This document shows positions 12,411-25,316 of a stretch of DNA of 64,000 bases, piece after piece. The stretch spans positions 62,001 through 126,000 of the forward strand of contig NIVC01001364.1 of assembly GCA_002269645.1 (NCBI GenBank), given 5' to 3'. The notes beneath the pieces were generated by a model. It searched no databases, had not been told where the DNA came from, and worked only from the letters and a program-made list of their open reading frames with translations. Source of the stretch: Macrostomum lignano. Lineage: Eukaryota. A program made the translations under genes and the position numbers. Within the stretch, counting starts at the first letter, position 1; each line of letters opens with the position of its first letter.

Positions 12411-13796
12411 CTCAGTTTCACTCCCAGGTCTCCAAGAGTGCTTTGCACGGGCCACAGGCCCATGCTTCACCTCTCACTTGTTTTGACACTTCTCAAAGGT
12501 TTGCATGCAATTTTTCTGGGTTGTAATTTTGAGTGACAACTCGAGTTCAGGAAGATGAATCGAGCCTAGGAAGCAAATCAACGATCAGTTATTTTTGCTC
12601 CGTAGCAAGCAAACTTAATAAAGTTTGCAGTGCACTTCTTTATTGTAGTATCAGTTGAGTAAACATGCGGTAATAAATTCAATTTATTTAGTATATTCAA
12701 TACTAGCCTTAGTATACTCAAGAGAAAACACTAGGCCAATTACTAGTATTTTCCGAACCTTACGAGTGGCCTAAACTGACATGTGTGTACAATTTTTTAA
12801 CTGTATGCAGCCGGTTTGCTGCAGAGTTAAAAGCGATAATATTCAGATTGCGAAATAGAAAAACTACTCTTATCGGGTCTTATCTAACTTTAATTTGAAT
12901 TCGAAAGGTTAAAGTTTAGCGACACAACTGAACAACAATGAGTTAAATTAGTTAAATTCCTTAGCTAACTTCAGTTTTGCCTTGACTTGAAAAAGAAATT
13001 TTACTAAATTTTAGCCTCATTATTTACCATGATACCATCTAATTAATTATTTATCAAAGGACGTTGGATTGATACGACCTAAATACTAAATAGCCGCTTT
13101 AAAATGATTATACCTTATTAAACATTAAAGGATCCTGAATTGGAGAAAGTCCCATCCATCAATGTCTCACTGAGCCCAGAGGGATAATAGGGATCTATGT
13201 CAATTATCTATGGAATGAAAGAATGGAGGTCACTTTCGGACTTAAGTTGACACCCTCCTCACTTTCCCTAAGACCGAACCAATTGCGATTTTAATAAGCA
13301 TCCTTCCAATCTATTTTTTGAGCGCAAGCAGCTTTCAGATCTGCATGGAACTTGACGCTGTAGAGATCTGTACTTCGGAGGTTGTATAGGATAAGTGATT
13401 GGTATTTAGGATTGATGAAAGTAGTGTGCAATTATTTGTTAAAATAGAATTCAGAAACAACGGTAATTGACAGATATCGCACGTTTCTTTGAGTGCGTTA
13501 AAGATCTAGGCACGGGCGGGGTACGCGAAGTTTTTTAGTGCACTAACAATCCAGGCACGAGTGCGCTAAGCGAAGCGCACGAGTGTCTAGGGTCCGGTAG
13601 TGTGCTCGAAAGCTGTGCGTTAACAGCATTACGAGGCTCGTATCAAATGAAAATGATCATAGATCTTATATACACTATAGATAGACCACTCAAGTGGCAG
13701 CCAAACCATTAAGTCTATGGGAAGCTTTTCAAGAAGCGGTGATTCCAAGATCTATGGTCGAGATCGAGTTTCAATTTCGATCTTTGTCTCTTTGGA

Positions 13797-14129
13797 CCAT
13801 AGACAAAAGCGTATCCTTGTGTCTTGTGTCTTGTGTCGTGTTTCTTGCGTCGTGTGTCGTGTGTCTTGTGTCTTGTGTCTTGTGTCGATCATGTTATCTT
13901 TCGACCATAGATAGGTGCATTGACGCACGCAAAAACTTGGAGGTGGACTGAAAGAGAAAATGGCGGAGCTAAGAGAGAAAAAGTTAGAGAGACAGAAAGA
14001 TTTTTAAGAAGCGACGACTCAACGGATTTTGAGTGCAGCAACGACCTTAGACACGCGAAGCGCACTCATCTCTCAATGGTCATCTCTCCATTGACGCGCG
14101 CTCGTGTCGTTGATGCACGCTGTCTATGG
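13797..14129. mobile_element. Possible MITE with CCATAGAC...GTCTATGG ends and an internal (TGTGTCT)n tract
   Basis: Inverted 8-bp ends; the same CCATAGACAAAAGC start recurs at about 57174; no TSD identified. Confidence 0.3.
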
Positions 14130-14274
14130 TTAAATCTGTCGTTGACATTGCACTGTGAGACGGCTTTTCATTTGATAATATCGTTGGCCATGAAAACGCG
14201 AAAAGGGAGAGCAAGATAAAGGCGACTTCAATACTCTATGGGTCGAATTATTTGCGTTCATTGAAAGGTTTATG

Positions 14275-14494
14275 ACAAACTGTGACGTCTTAGCACTTAA
14301 TTCTCCATTGCTTGCAGCTGTAAAATGGGTACCAGCATTAGCTGAGGTAATTGAAGGTGGTTGTGGCGACCCCCCAGTTCATGGACTGAACAGCCGTATG
14401 CAGCGCCTTCAGATGCGCCGCGCAATAGCTGCGGGTGAGCTGTCGGTTGCACATCTGTCCATTGGGGCAGGTGTAATGAATTATTAAAAAATTA
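14275..14494 (+). mobile_element. 5'-truncated copy of the CORE-type SINE, directly abutting the Gypsy 5' LTR
   Basis: Shares gctgtaaaatgggt...gtggcgacccccag...ggactgaacagccgta...cttcagatgcgccgcgca...gagctgtcggttgcacatc with the copies at 26.3 and 29.2 kb. Confidence 0.85.
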
Positions 14495-14739
14495 TGTGAT
14501 GTCTAGGGCCTATGTTGCCGTAGACAATGGACCTTAACTTTTACTGAGATGCGTCCCCCGTTCTTCTATTCCCCGAAAAAGAGTGAAGCTAAACTGCGCG
14601 CTGCTAAAATGACTATTATGTTTGCAATTCTTTGAGCCGGTGTGCACTTTTGGTTTATTTACCAGGTATGTATCTAAATGAGGGTGCTATGACTTGTTGA
14701 GACTCAAACACAACAAATTCAATCATTCAACCGCAAACA
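14495..14739 (+). repeat. 5' LTR
   Basis: Shares cctatgttgccgtagac, gagccggtgtgcacttttg, tatgtatctaaatgagg and gactcaaacacaaca with the 3' LTR; exact ends uncertain. Confidence 0.8.
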
Positions 14740-14779
14740 ACTCTCTTTACTGGGAGTAGTGCGAGGAACGACTGTTAGT

Positions 14780-17700
14780 ACTTTCTGAGTGCCAAGAAAA
14801 TCACGGAGGAAGCTAAGAAAAAAACTAAATTGCTGGCTGTGATTGGTAAAGAAACTTATTCAAATCTGAGGAGTGTCAATGCGCCAGCAGAATGTACGAG
14901 GATTAGTCCTACTATGAACTATTGGAAGCACTCGAGAAGCAGTTCAATACTGAACTGAGTTTCATTGCTCAAGGTTTTGTGTTCGCACAGTGGTAAAACG
15001 GGATGGTGAGTGTGTCGCAGACTTTGTGGTGAGCCTTCGAAGTCAGCCTTCTGAACCTAGATCAGGCACTTTGGGGCGCATTCGTTTTCGGTCTCAGAGA
15101 CGAACACGTGCTGAGTAGGCTGCTGACGTCACTAAAGAATAAATCGATATTTAAGAAAGCAGCTGAGGAAGCCGAAGTCATTTAGAGTGCATACGGGAAA
15201 GCATTCAATAACTGACTTCGACCGTTTAAACTCGTCGTAAAAGTCTCAGAACCCTCATCAAGCGTTTCGGTACACAGCGGATACTCTCAAATTCAAGGGA
15301 AGCGATAAAGAGAAAACTTATACAAAGGTGCTACCGATGCTTCGCCCTGATCTTTTGGCAAATGTGTGTCCACATCGCAATAAGCAATACAGAAGTGTGG
15401 AAAAGGACATCTCAGAATTGCTTGTAGCTCTAGTGTGACTTGTAATTTTCGCAACATTTCGCAACATGCACTCCCCAGATGCACAATGTGAACAAGAAGC
15501 CTCAAGATCACCTCCTCGAATCTATAGGGTATCTGTCAGAAGAAACCCTGGATATTTTGTTGAGATTTTGATCAACAACAAACCTGTTCGATTTGAATTC
15601 GAAACAGGAGCCGAAAAGACCATCCGAAATAGGAAATGGCAGATAGAGTTGGACTGAACTAAACGCGGAGAAATCTCTGTAAATCGAGAATCAGTGTCAA
15701 CACTGGAGTATTTAGGCCAGTTTGCAAAGCTACAGATACTCACTGTGATTGGTAGCGGATCCAACTTGCTCGGAAGAGACTGGATGCAACAATGGGGTGT
15801 GAAGCTAAACCGGAATCAGATCCTGGGAACATGAATTTCTGTGAATGAAGGTTGCATCGGACTCGAGAAGCAATACAGAAGGGATACTAAGGAACTACTC
15901 GTACTCAGATGTGTTTCAAGGACATCGGACAAATAACAGGAGTGAAGGGTACGATAAAGATCAGAGAAGGAATCACACCGATATTTCTGCAAGGCCCGAA
16001 CGATGCCTTTTGCGATGAAGCCACTTGTAGAGTCTGAGCTGAACCACCGGAGAAACAAAGCGACAAAGCGTTCTCATTCCAATTTATCACTTAGACTGGG
16101 CTACTCCGGTAGTACCTACCTGTCCTAAAATCAGACCAAATAAGGCTCCAATCTTTGATCAGTACCCTCTGCCCAGGCAGGATGACCTACACAGTGCTTT
16201 GAAAGGAGGCAAGTCTACTAAGATGATAAACAGGCATTTCTGCAACTGAAATTTGACGAAGGTTTAAGACAATCTGTGGCACTCAATACGAGCGTACATC
16301 CAAGAAATTGTTTCAGTGTCAGCGGCTGCAGTACGCTTTAGCCATGGACCAGTTTTCTAAATGGTCATGGACATGATGCTCCAAGTACTGGGAAGAGTTA
16401 TCTGTTTCATCGACGACGTACTAGTAGTAGGAAATAACTCAGAAGAGCACTTACATAAGCTTCTGCAACGCTTTAGAGAGCGAGGTGTCAGACTGAAGCA
16501 GTCTAAGTGCAAGTTTATGCAGAGATCTGTCGCTTTTCTCGGATATAAAATGAATGAAAATGGAATCCATCAAACGGAGCACAGGATCTGAGCTACTTGA
16601 GAAGCTCTGCATCCACAGAAACGTTTCTGAATTGCGAGCTTGGATTGGGCTAGGAAATTACTATGGCAGGTTCATTCTGAATATAGCGGCCCTCCTAATG
16701 CAACTAGGTTCTTCATGCGACTACTCTAGGAAAAGGACTCTGACTGGCCCATGGAGTGTAAATCTACGTTCAAGCAAGTGCATCCAAGAAACTGAAGCTA
16801 GAATGTGGCTAGCTTTACCATACGGCCTCGGTGCTGTCATGAAACGAAGACAGGAGACAGGCTGATAACCTACGCTTCGAAAACATTGTCAACTGCTTAA
16901 AAGAACTAAGCTCAATTTAAAAAGAAAAAAGCTGCTATAATTTCTGGGCTTATTTTTTGAAACTGACCTCAAGCCACTCCTGGCGAGCTTCACCCTAAGG
17001 CTAAGAGACAACTGCCACCTGTAACAACCAGTCTCTTGCAACAATAAGCAATGTTTCTGGGCGTGCATGCGTACGAAATCAAGTTAAGACGAACAGACCG
17101 GCATTGCGACGCGGATGGCTTGTTAGGATTGCCAGAAGAAGCAGGAGTTACCTATGAGACTGAATCAGATCAAATAAAATGGGTGACAGTAAGCAGGCCA
17201 CGAGTACAGACAGACAACACAGAAAGATCCTGTGCTTAAATGAGTGCTGCTACTTTGTAAACATAGATCCGGAGTCAGCTACTTTCGGTGATGAAAAACT
17301 ATGGTTATACTTATGACAAGAAGGCATGACTTCGGAATAGTCTCAGGTGTACTACTGCTCGGAATGCGAGTAGTTATTCCCCATGAGCTGCGCAGACTAG
17401 TTCTAGAAGAATTGCATGAAAGACACCCAGAATTGTACTTACGAATCGGCGGCACGAGTGTATTTCTGTTGGCCAAGAATCAACCAAGACATCGGACAGT
17501 GTAACCAATTGTTGTGAATGTCAGCTGCAGAGGTCAAGGGCTCAAGAGGCGCCAGCCACGTACTGAGTCCATTGACGTGGATTTTCGTGGGACCATACAA
17601 ATCCTGGATGTTTCTGGCGGTTGTTAACGCGACAAGCAATCTTTCGGAAGTGATCCCAATGAGAAACGCTACTCTGAACAACACAGCTCAGTGTCTAAGA

Positions 17701-17830
17701 CAAAATTTAATTTTCGCACCATTTGGATTGCCTCGAGTGCTGCTCTCAGACAATGGCTCTCTATTTAGCTCGTATATCCTATAAATTCAATAATTGATTG
17801 AATAGTTTTTGAAGCAGAACGGAATCCGCA
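14780..17830 (+). pseudogene. gag-pol pseudogene with many stops and frameshifts
   Basis: gag LLAVIGKETY and CYRC knuckle; protease VRFEFETGA; RT DQYPLP and CFIDDVLV...CKFMQRSVAFLGY; RNase H YGLGAV..YASKTL; integrase VVIPHELRRLVLEELH and FGLPRVLLSDNG. Confidence 0.9.
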
Positions 17831-18374
17831 TTTGCTAACCCGGCAAAATCGACAATATACCATTGGAAATGTTTTTCGCAAGAACAGTGTGCATGAGATC
17901 GTCTCAATTTTTTCCTGACGCAGATGCAAAGGCTTTATACAGTCAGGATTATCAGAATGAAATGCATGATGAGAAGCAAGGTGCTTTGCTAGGGTAACTC
18001 CTCAATCGGGAGAGATAGTTTTGACGCAAGACTTACAAGTGGGCTGTTGAAACAACAATCAAGCGCACAGCTCTACGTAAGCTATACAGTTCGAGTTCAT
18101 GAACTACTCTGGGAGAGACATGTGGACCGACTACAGAAAACTGGCTAACGACTTACGGAAGCAGTTGAACCTAAGCTACTATGGGATACGGGTACTCACA
18201 AAATGCAACAGCAGAACCAACTAATACGTGACGAACCACAGGAAGTACCCAAAATCCAAGTTGATGTCGAAGCAAAGGAAATTCCGCATTATGCACAACT
18301 TGTATCACGGTACCAATTGAGAGGTAGAACTAATTTAGGATCTCCTGAGCGTTTCGGTCCGGGAAAGGTGGGAG

Positions 18375-18598
18375 TTTGATGCCTATGTTGCCGTAGACAC
18401 AGAGCTTAACTTTGACTAAGATGCGTTCCCCTCCCGCTCTTCTATTCCCCCCGGAGAAAGCGTGAAGCCAGCTTACACACCGCTAAATGAACCACGTTTG
18501 CAAGGCTTCGAGCCGGTGTGCACTTTTGCTTCACTTATGTATCTAAATGAGGATTACTGTGACTTGTTGGGACTCAAACACAACACAAACCACAAACA
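18375..18598 (+). repeat. 3' LTR
   Basis: Diverged direct repeat of 14495-14739, preceded by a polypurine tract. Confidence 0.8.
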
Positions 18599-19489
18599 TT
18601 CAGTCGAATTTGTGTCTAACTCACCAGAGGGTATTCCGTGACCTAAAAGGCCCAGTTGGTAAAAAGCGGACAGTCCAAAGTATATTTCGACAAAAAAATA
18701 AGTCAGTTTGCTGAAAGCAGATAAAACACGAAAGCGGGCTTTTCAAAATTTTCACTCGGGAGAAAATTGTTGCCCGCCAAAATGTTTCTGAAAGGTTGCA
18801 AGCTAGTTAATTATCTGGTTTAAGAGACACAGGCTAAGGGGATACAACCTGAGACACACAAAGGAATTCCCAATTAGCAGGGCCGCTTTGACAGCCTACA
18901 ACTGAACTTCTATGACATCCTCTTGTCGGGTGTCTGAGCGTCGGTCGAGCAACTATTTATGCCCGTTTCGCGGGACGTTTTTACATACATAAACAAAAAG
19001 CAAGAGAGAAATAATTGGAATAGAATTGGTCCGTCTCTCTAACGTTATTGTTTGCACTTTGCAAAACCTCAAAATTCTTAATTTGACGGACAAGTATTTG
19101 GCACAGTTTCCACTTTTAAATCTGTCTCACTCGCTTCACTTCAAATGTTGCTTTCGATGAAGACAGACTCAACCGAAACAGAAAAGAAAGCTTCGTGTTT
19201 GCCTCCTCAAAAAAAAAAACGGGACTGTCCCATCTAATTCTGGCTTCCCGTTCTGTTCAGCCTGACAGCTCGAGCCCGTCTGTGGCCAGCTCCCTCTCGA
19301 ATCGATTTGTACGATCGACCACAGGACTGAATTAGCCGCTCCGTTTTGCGTTCCCACTGTCCCACTACGCCCAGAGAAAACGTATTTACTAAGCATAATC
19401 TACTCTATATTAACGGGGCTTGTTTGTGATGAAATCTTTTCTAAGCATTAGTAGCTCATAATACTCCAGTAAGTGTGATTTCAACTCAC

Positions 19490-19589
19490 CTAAGTTGTCA
19501 ATGATGCTGGGTCGATGCCTGAACGACACGTGCGGATGCTCTTCATCTTCCACCATCGTCTCCTTCTGCTGCTCAGCATCTTTATCCAT
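19490..19589 (-). CDS. kcc: Candidate distal first coding exon of KCC (MDKDAEQQKETMVEDEEHPHVSFRHRPSIIDNL)
   Basis: ATG at 19589, 100 bp open, consensus donor G|GTGAGT in phase 1 matching the acceptor at 8517. Confidence 0.7.
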
Positions 19590-20574
19590 TTTGCCTCGAT
19601 TGATCAGTCAAGTCTTCCTAGCCAACTTTAAGATAGTCTTTGCTGTGTTATTGTTTTCTGTGAATTGTTTCTTGGGTATGTTTTAGCAGCGCACTTGGTC
19701 TTGCTTAGTCTCAATGGTATGAGTTTTATATATTAGCTTTGCAAGTCTGGCTGGACAGAGTTGTCGGGACAGACTGTGAGATGAACGCTTTATTTAAAGT
19801 TTGGTGCGGCTGGAAAATAACTGGAGATGAGAAAGGAGAGGGTATGAACTATAATGCATTGGCCTTCTTCACTGGTTTGAGAGGCTGCAGGTCTAAAAAT
19901 ATTCGCACCCAGTGGGTATTGTTTGAGGACAGGCCCGAGGCAGTTGGCAGCGCAGTCGCCCAGCCAGTTTCTGCTTCTGTTAGTTCTCGAATGAAGCCGC
20001 GGCCGCAGGATAGACGAGAAAAAGGTAAGGGAAAGGTATACAGCCAGCTGTGGCTTTAGCAGTTAGGATGCAGAAGAATCTAAAGCTGATAGACTGTTGG
20101 ACTGGCTGGAGTCTACCGCGACTGTGGAATACGTCATTGTTTGTTCTCGCTCGCTGTCTCTGACTCTCCTTCCTGGCAATTGGAGATTTGAGAAATAGAA
20201 AAAATATGAAGGATAGCTTAGCCCGGCAGAGCGAATTGAAGGAAATTAGAGAGGATGCGAAATTGCCTGTCCGCTGAGGAATGCCAGATCGTATATTCAC
20301 TAATCAGACCAGCAAGATTTGGGATGCGCTAGAGACCTATTCGGACTTCTTATTCCCTCTCGTCTCTACCCCCGCCGCCCGGAGTGTCGCTCCGCGCCCC
20401 AGCATCAGCGTGTACAGCCCGCCACCCGGCCTCTCTTCGCAAATGAGTATTTTCTTATGCCCCAAACTGCGCATTAGCCAATGGAACTGAGGTCTCCGCC
20501 CCCTCCGCTGCCACTCCTTCACTTTTCCCCCAACCCACCGAGGTCACTGCAGCTCCTTTTCTTACCCCTCTTCC

Positions 20575-20642
20575 TCTCTACGTTTCTCTCTCTCTCTCTC
20601 TCTCTTGCTCTCTCTCTCTCTTGTTCTCTCTCTCTTGCTCTC
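20575..20642. repeat. (CT)n microsatellite
   Basis: Directly visible. Confidence 0.9.
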
Positions 20643-22094
20643 CCAAGCCACTTTTTGTGCCTTCAATTTTTAATCTATTGCTTGGAGCCTTTTGTTTTAT
20701 TATTTCGCTCAATTTTATTGCACTATTTACAGCATGTTCGCGGGGATTTAAATCTGCATTGATCCAGCTCTCTGACAGCACTATGGAGGAAGGAGTCGTA
20801 TATTATTCTGATAAAAAAATGAAAAGTACACACAGTTTTAGTTACATGTTAATCAGGATTTTTTTCAACTTTCCATTTTTTAAATCAGTTATAAATTTAT
20901 CTATTTCTTCCTTATTTAAAGCCTTTAAGGCCTAAAGTAAGTTTAAAATTCGTTTCCTTATTTTAATAGGGAACATAGTAGCTTTATATCCATAGGCTTT
21001 CCTTATCTATCCATCTTATTATTTCTGCATGACCGTAATTCCCTCTGGCATCGCGGATCCCTGTGGAGGGAAAAGTATGCGATCTTGATTAGTAAGACAA
21101 CCGAAATTGCCTATAGTACACTCGATCGACTCCCCTCGAATACGGCTGCTTTTGGCAGGAATTCGTCACTCTCAGGGCTCTCACCTTTTTTTGCGCTCAC
21201 GGTTCCAATTTTTCCACCTTATTCGATCCTCTCTTTCCCTCTCTCCCTGCAGCAGCAAGGGTGTGTTTGCGCGCTTTTCATCTTCATCCAGCCGCTCTTT
21301 GCTTCACGAAATTCTGGCGAGCGGTGGAGGAGCCGGCAGCTACCCTCGCCTCGCCCGGGGCTTGCGAGGTAGGGAAGGGAAATGTCAGGCCCCCCTGCGG
21401 CGATCCCGGCCGGGAAGCGGAGGCGGATTGATGCGCCAGCAATGCACGGCTGTGTGGGGATTCGAGTGCGCCGCCCCCCCTCCCACCCGCGTGAATGGCA
21501 AGAAGATAGTGATGAAGAGAGAGAGAGAGAGAGAGCGAGTTCGAACAACTTTTGAATCCGCTTGCAGACAGCTGCTGATCCGTAGGCGCCAGCGCAGATG
21601 TATTATATCCCAGATGCCTTCAGTACTTTCAATGGGCTTCTAATTTGAGGCTTTAGTAAAGACTAAGTCGCTTCAATCAACGTTGGTGGCGAAAATCTCT
21701 TAAGTGAAGTACCAACTTCTCTCCTTTCCTTCCCCCCTCTCGAAGCTGACGCCCCTTGATGAGGCCACTTGATTGAAAAATTTGGTGAAGATCGACCTCT
21801 GCTACCAAACGAAAGCAAAGACAATTAGAGGGTCGAACCGTGCTAATAGAACAATTGTTTTTCTTTTTGACTCTGGGTTTCCTAAATGCTAAGTCGATTA
21901 ACTGATAAAGATAAAGTACAATGCGTCAGTAATGAACGCCATTAGTAAACTCTACGCAAAGAAATGTATTATATAGCTCGTAATCTAATTTTACGTTATA
22001 ATCCTACTACTTCAAGTAGGATATTTGAAATAATATAAAGAATCATGTACAATCTCAAATAGTTATTTGTTTTTTCACTTTTTGGCAATTTTAG

Positions 22095-22125
22095 AAACAT
22101 TCTGGACTTTCGAAGATCATGCGAG
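22095..22125 (+). other. 31-bp mini-exon, probably in the 5' leader of the CACNG-like gene
   Basis: Long T-rich tract ending ttttag at 22094; donor AG|GTAAGC at 22126; a further candidate donor GAG|GTAGGG at 21369 upstream. Confidence 0.5.
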
Positions 22126-22128
22126 GTA

Positions 22129-25100
22129 AGCACCAAGGGGCTTTAGCACCAAGGGGCTTTAGCACCAAGGGGCTTTAGCACCAAGGGGCTTTAGCACCAA
22201 GGGGCTTTAGCACCAAGGGGCTTTAGCACCAAGGGGCTTTAGCACCAAGGGGCTTTAGCACCAAGGGGCTTTAGCACCAAGGGGCTTTAGCACCAAGGGG
22301 CTTTAGCACCAAGGGGCTTTAGCACCAAGGGGCTTTAGCACCAAGGGGCTTTAGCACCAAGGGGCTTTAGCACCAAGGGGCTTTAGCACCAAGGGGCTTT
22401 AGCACCAAGGGGCTTTAGCACCAAGGGGCTTTAGCACCAAGGGGCTTTAGCACCAAGGGGCTTTAGCACCAAGGGGCTTTAGCACCAAGGGGCTTTAGCA
22501 CCAAGGGGCTTTAGCACCAAGGGGCTTTAGCACCAAGGGGCTTTAGCACCAAGGGGCTTTAGCACCAAGGGGCTTTAGCACCAAGGGGCTTTAGCACCAA
22601 GGGGCTTTAGCACCAAGGGGCTTTAGCACCAAGGGGCTTTAGCACCAAGGGGCTTTAGCACCAAGGGGCTTTAGCACCAAGGGGCTTTAGCACCAAGGGG
22701 CCAGCACCAAGGGGCTTTAGCACCAAGGGGCTTTAGCACCAAGGGGCTTTAGCACCAAGGGGCTTTAGCACCAAGGGGCTTTAGCACCAAGGGGCTTTAG
22801 CACCAAGGGGCTTTAGCACCAAGGGGCTTTAGCACCAAGGGGCTTTAGCACCAAGGGGCTTTAGCACCAAGGGGCTTTAGCACCAAGGGGCTTTAGCACC
22901 AAGGGGCTTTAGCACCAAGGGGCTTTAGCACCAAGGGGCTTTAGCACCAAGGGGCTTTAGCACCAAGGGGCTTTAGCACCAAGGGGCTTTAGCACCAAGG
23001 GGCTTTAGCACCAAGGGGCTTTAGCACCAAGGGGCTTTAGCACCAAGGGGCTTTAGCACCAAGGGGCTTTAGCACCAAGGGGCTTTAGCACCAAGGGGCT
23101 TTAGCACCAAGGGGCTTTAGCACCAAGGGGCTTTAGCACCAAGGGGCTTTAGCACCAAGGGGCTTTAGCACCAAGGGGCTTTAGCACCAAGGGGCTTTAG
23201 CACCAAGGGGCTTTAGCACCAAGGGGCTTTAGCACCAAGGGGCTTTAGCACCAAGGGGCTTTAGCACCAAGGGGCTTTAGCACCAAGGGGCTTTAGCACC
23301 AAGGGGCTTTAGCACCAAGGGGCTTTAGCACCAAGGGGCTTTAGCACCAAGGGGCTTTAGCACCAAGGGGCTTTAGCACCAAGGGGCTTTAGCACCAAGG
23401 GGCTTTAGCACCAAGGGGCTTTAGCACCAAGGGGCTTTAGCACCAAGGGGCGCCCAGCACCAAGGGGCTTTAGCACCAAGGGGCTTTAGCACCAAGGGGC
23501 TTTAGCACCAAGGGGCGCCAGCACCAAGGGGCGCCAGCACCAAGGGGCTTTAGCACCAAGGGGCTTTAGCACCAAGGGGCTTTAGCACCAAGGGGCTTTA
23601 GCACCAAGGGGCGCCAGCACCAAGGGGCGCCAGCACCAAGGGGCTTTAGCACCAAGGGGCTTTAGCACCAAGGGGCTTTAGCACCAAGGGGCGCCAGCAC
23701 CAAGGGGCGCCAGCACCAAGGGGCGCCAGCACCAAGGGGCGCCAGCACCAAGGGGCGCCAGCACCAAGGGGCGCCAGCACCAAGGGGCGCCAGCACCAAG
23801 GGGCGCCAGCACCAAGGGGCGCCAGCACCAAGGGGCGCCAGCACCAAGGGGCGCCAGCACCAAGGGGCGCCAGCACCAAGGGGCGCCAGCACCAAGGGGC
23901 GCCAGCACCAAGGGGCTTTAGCACCAAGGGGCGCCAGCACCAAGGGGCTTTAGCACCAAGGGGCTTTAGCACCAAGGGGCTTTAGCACCAAGGGGCTTTA
24001 GCACCAAGGGGCTTCAGCACCAAGGGGCGCCAGCACCAAGGGGCTTTAGCACCAAGGGGCTTTAGCACCAAGGGGCTTTAGCACCAAGGGGCGCCAGCAC
24101 CAAGGGGCGCCAGCACCAAGGGGCGCCAGCACCAAGGGGCTTTAGCACCAAGGGGCTTTAGCACCAAGGGGCTTTAGCACCAAGGGCTTTAGCACCAAGG
24201 GGCTTTAGCACCAAGGGGCTTTAGCACCAAGGGGCTTTAGCACCAAGGGGCTTTAGCACCAAGGGGCTTTAGCACCAAGGGGCTTTAGCACCAAGGGGCT
24301 TTAGCACCAAGGGGCTTTAGCACCAAGGGGCTTTAGCACCAAGGGGCTTTAGCACCAAGGGGCTTTAGCACCAAGGGGCTTTAGCACCAAGGGGCTTTAG
24401 CACCAAGGGGCTTTAGCACCAAGGGGCTTTAGCACCAAGGGGCTTTAGCACCAAGGGGCTTTAGCACCAAGGGGCTTTAGCACCAAGGGGCTTTAGCACC
24501 AAGGGGCTTTAGCACCAAGGGGCTTTAGCACCAAGGGGCTTTAGCACCAAGGGGCTTTAGCACCAAGGGGCTTTAGCACCAAGGGGCTTTAGCACCAAGG
24601 GGCTTTAGCACCAAGGGGCTTTAGCACCAAGGGGCTTTAGCACCAAGGGGCTTTAGCACCAAGGGGCTTTAGCACCAAGGGGCTTTAGCACCAAGGGGCG
24701 CCAGCACCAAGGGGCGCCAGCACCAAGGGGCGCCAGCACCAAGGGGCGCCAGCACCAAGGGGCGCCAGCACCAAGGGGCGCCAGCACCAAGGGGCGCCAG
24801 CACCAAGGGGCGCCAGCACCAAGGGGCGCCAGCACCAAGGGGCGCCAGCACCAAGGGGCGCCAGCACCAAGGGGCGCCAGCACCAAGGGGCGCCAGCACC
24901 AAGGGGCGCCAGCACCAAGGGGCTTTAGCACCAAGGGGCTTTAGCACCAAGGGGCTTTAGCACCAAGGGGCTTTAGCACCAAGGGGCGCCAGCACCAAGG
25001 GGCGCCAGCACCAAGGGGCGCCAGCACCAAGGGGCGCCAGCACCAAGGGGCGCCAGCACCAAGGGGCGCCAGCACCAAGGGGCGCCAGCACCAAGGGGCG

Positions 25101-25316
25101 CCAGCACCAAGGGGCGCCAGCACCAAGGGGCGCCAGCACCAAGGGGCGCCAGCACCAAGGGGCGCCAGCACCAAGGGGCGCCAGCACCAAGGGGCGCCAG
25201 CACCAAGGGGCGCCAGCACCAAGGGGCGCCAGCACCAAGGGGCGCCAGCACCAAGGGGCGCCAGCACCAAGGGGCGCCAGCACCAAGGGGCGCCAGCACC
25301 AAGGGGCGCCAGCACC
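22129..25316 (+). repeat. 16-bp satellite, about 199 copies, two variants AGCACCAAGGGGC[TTT] and AGCACCAAGGGGC[GCC] arranged in blocks
   Basis: Directly visible. Confidence 0.98.

Larger units (their letters stand above)
14495..18598 (+). mobile_element. Decayed Ty3/Gypsy LTR retrotransposon, antisense within a KCC 5' intron
   Basis: Direct LTRs at about 14495-14739 and 18375-18598, purine tract gggaaaggtgggag before the 3' LTR, and domain order gag-PR-RT-RNaseH-IN. Confidence 0.92.

Noticed and set aside
10956-12536. 526-aa and 242-aa ORFs (PQSHSHIPNL repeats)
   Set aside because: Translation of a 20-bp intronic minisatellite; no real start or splice context
19739-21643. Short ORFs between KCC and the satellite (for example 21107-21643)
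   Set aside because: GC-rich promoter/UTR sequence with microsatellites; no coherent frame or domain
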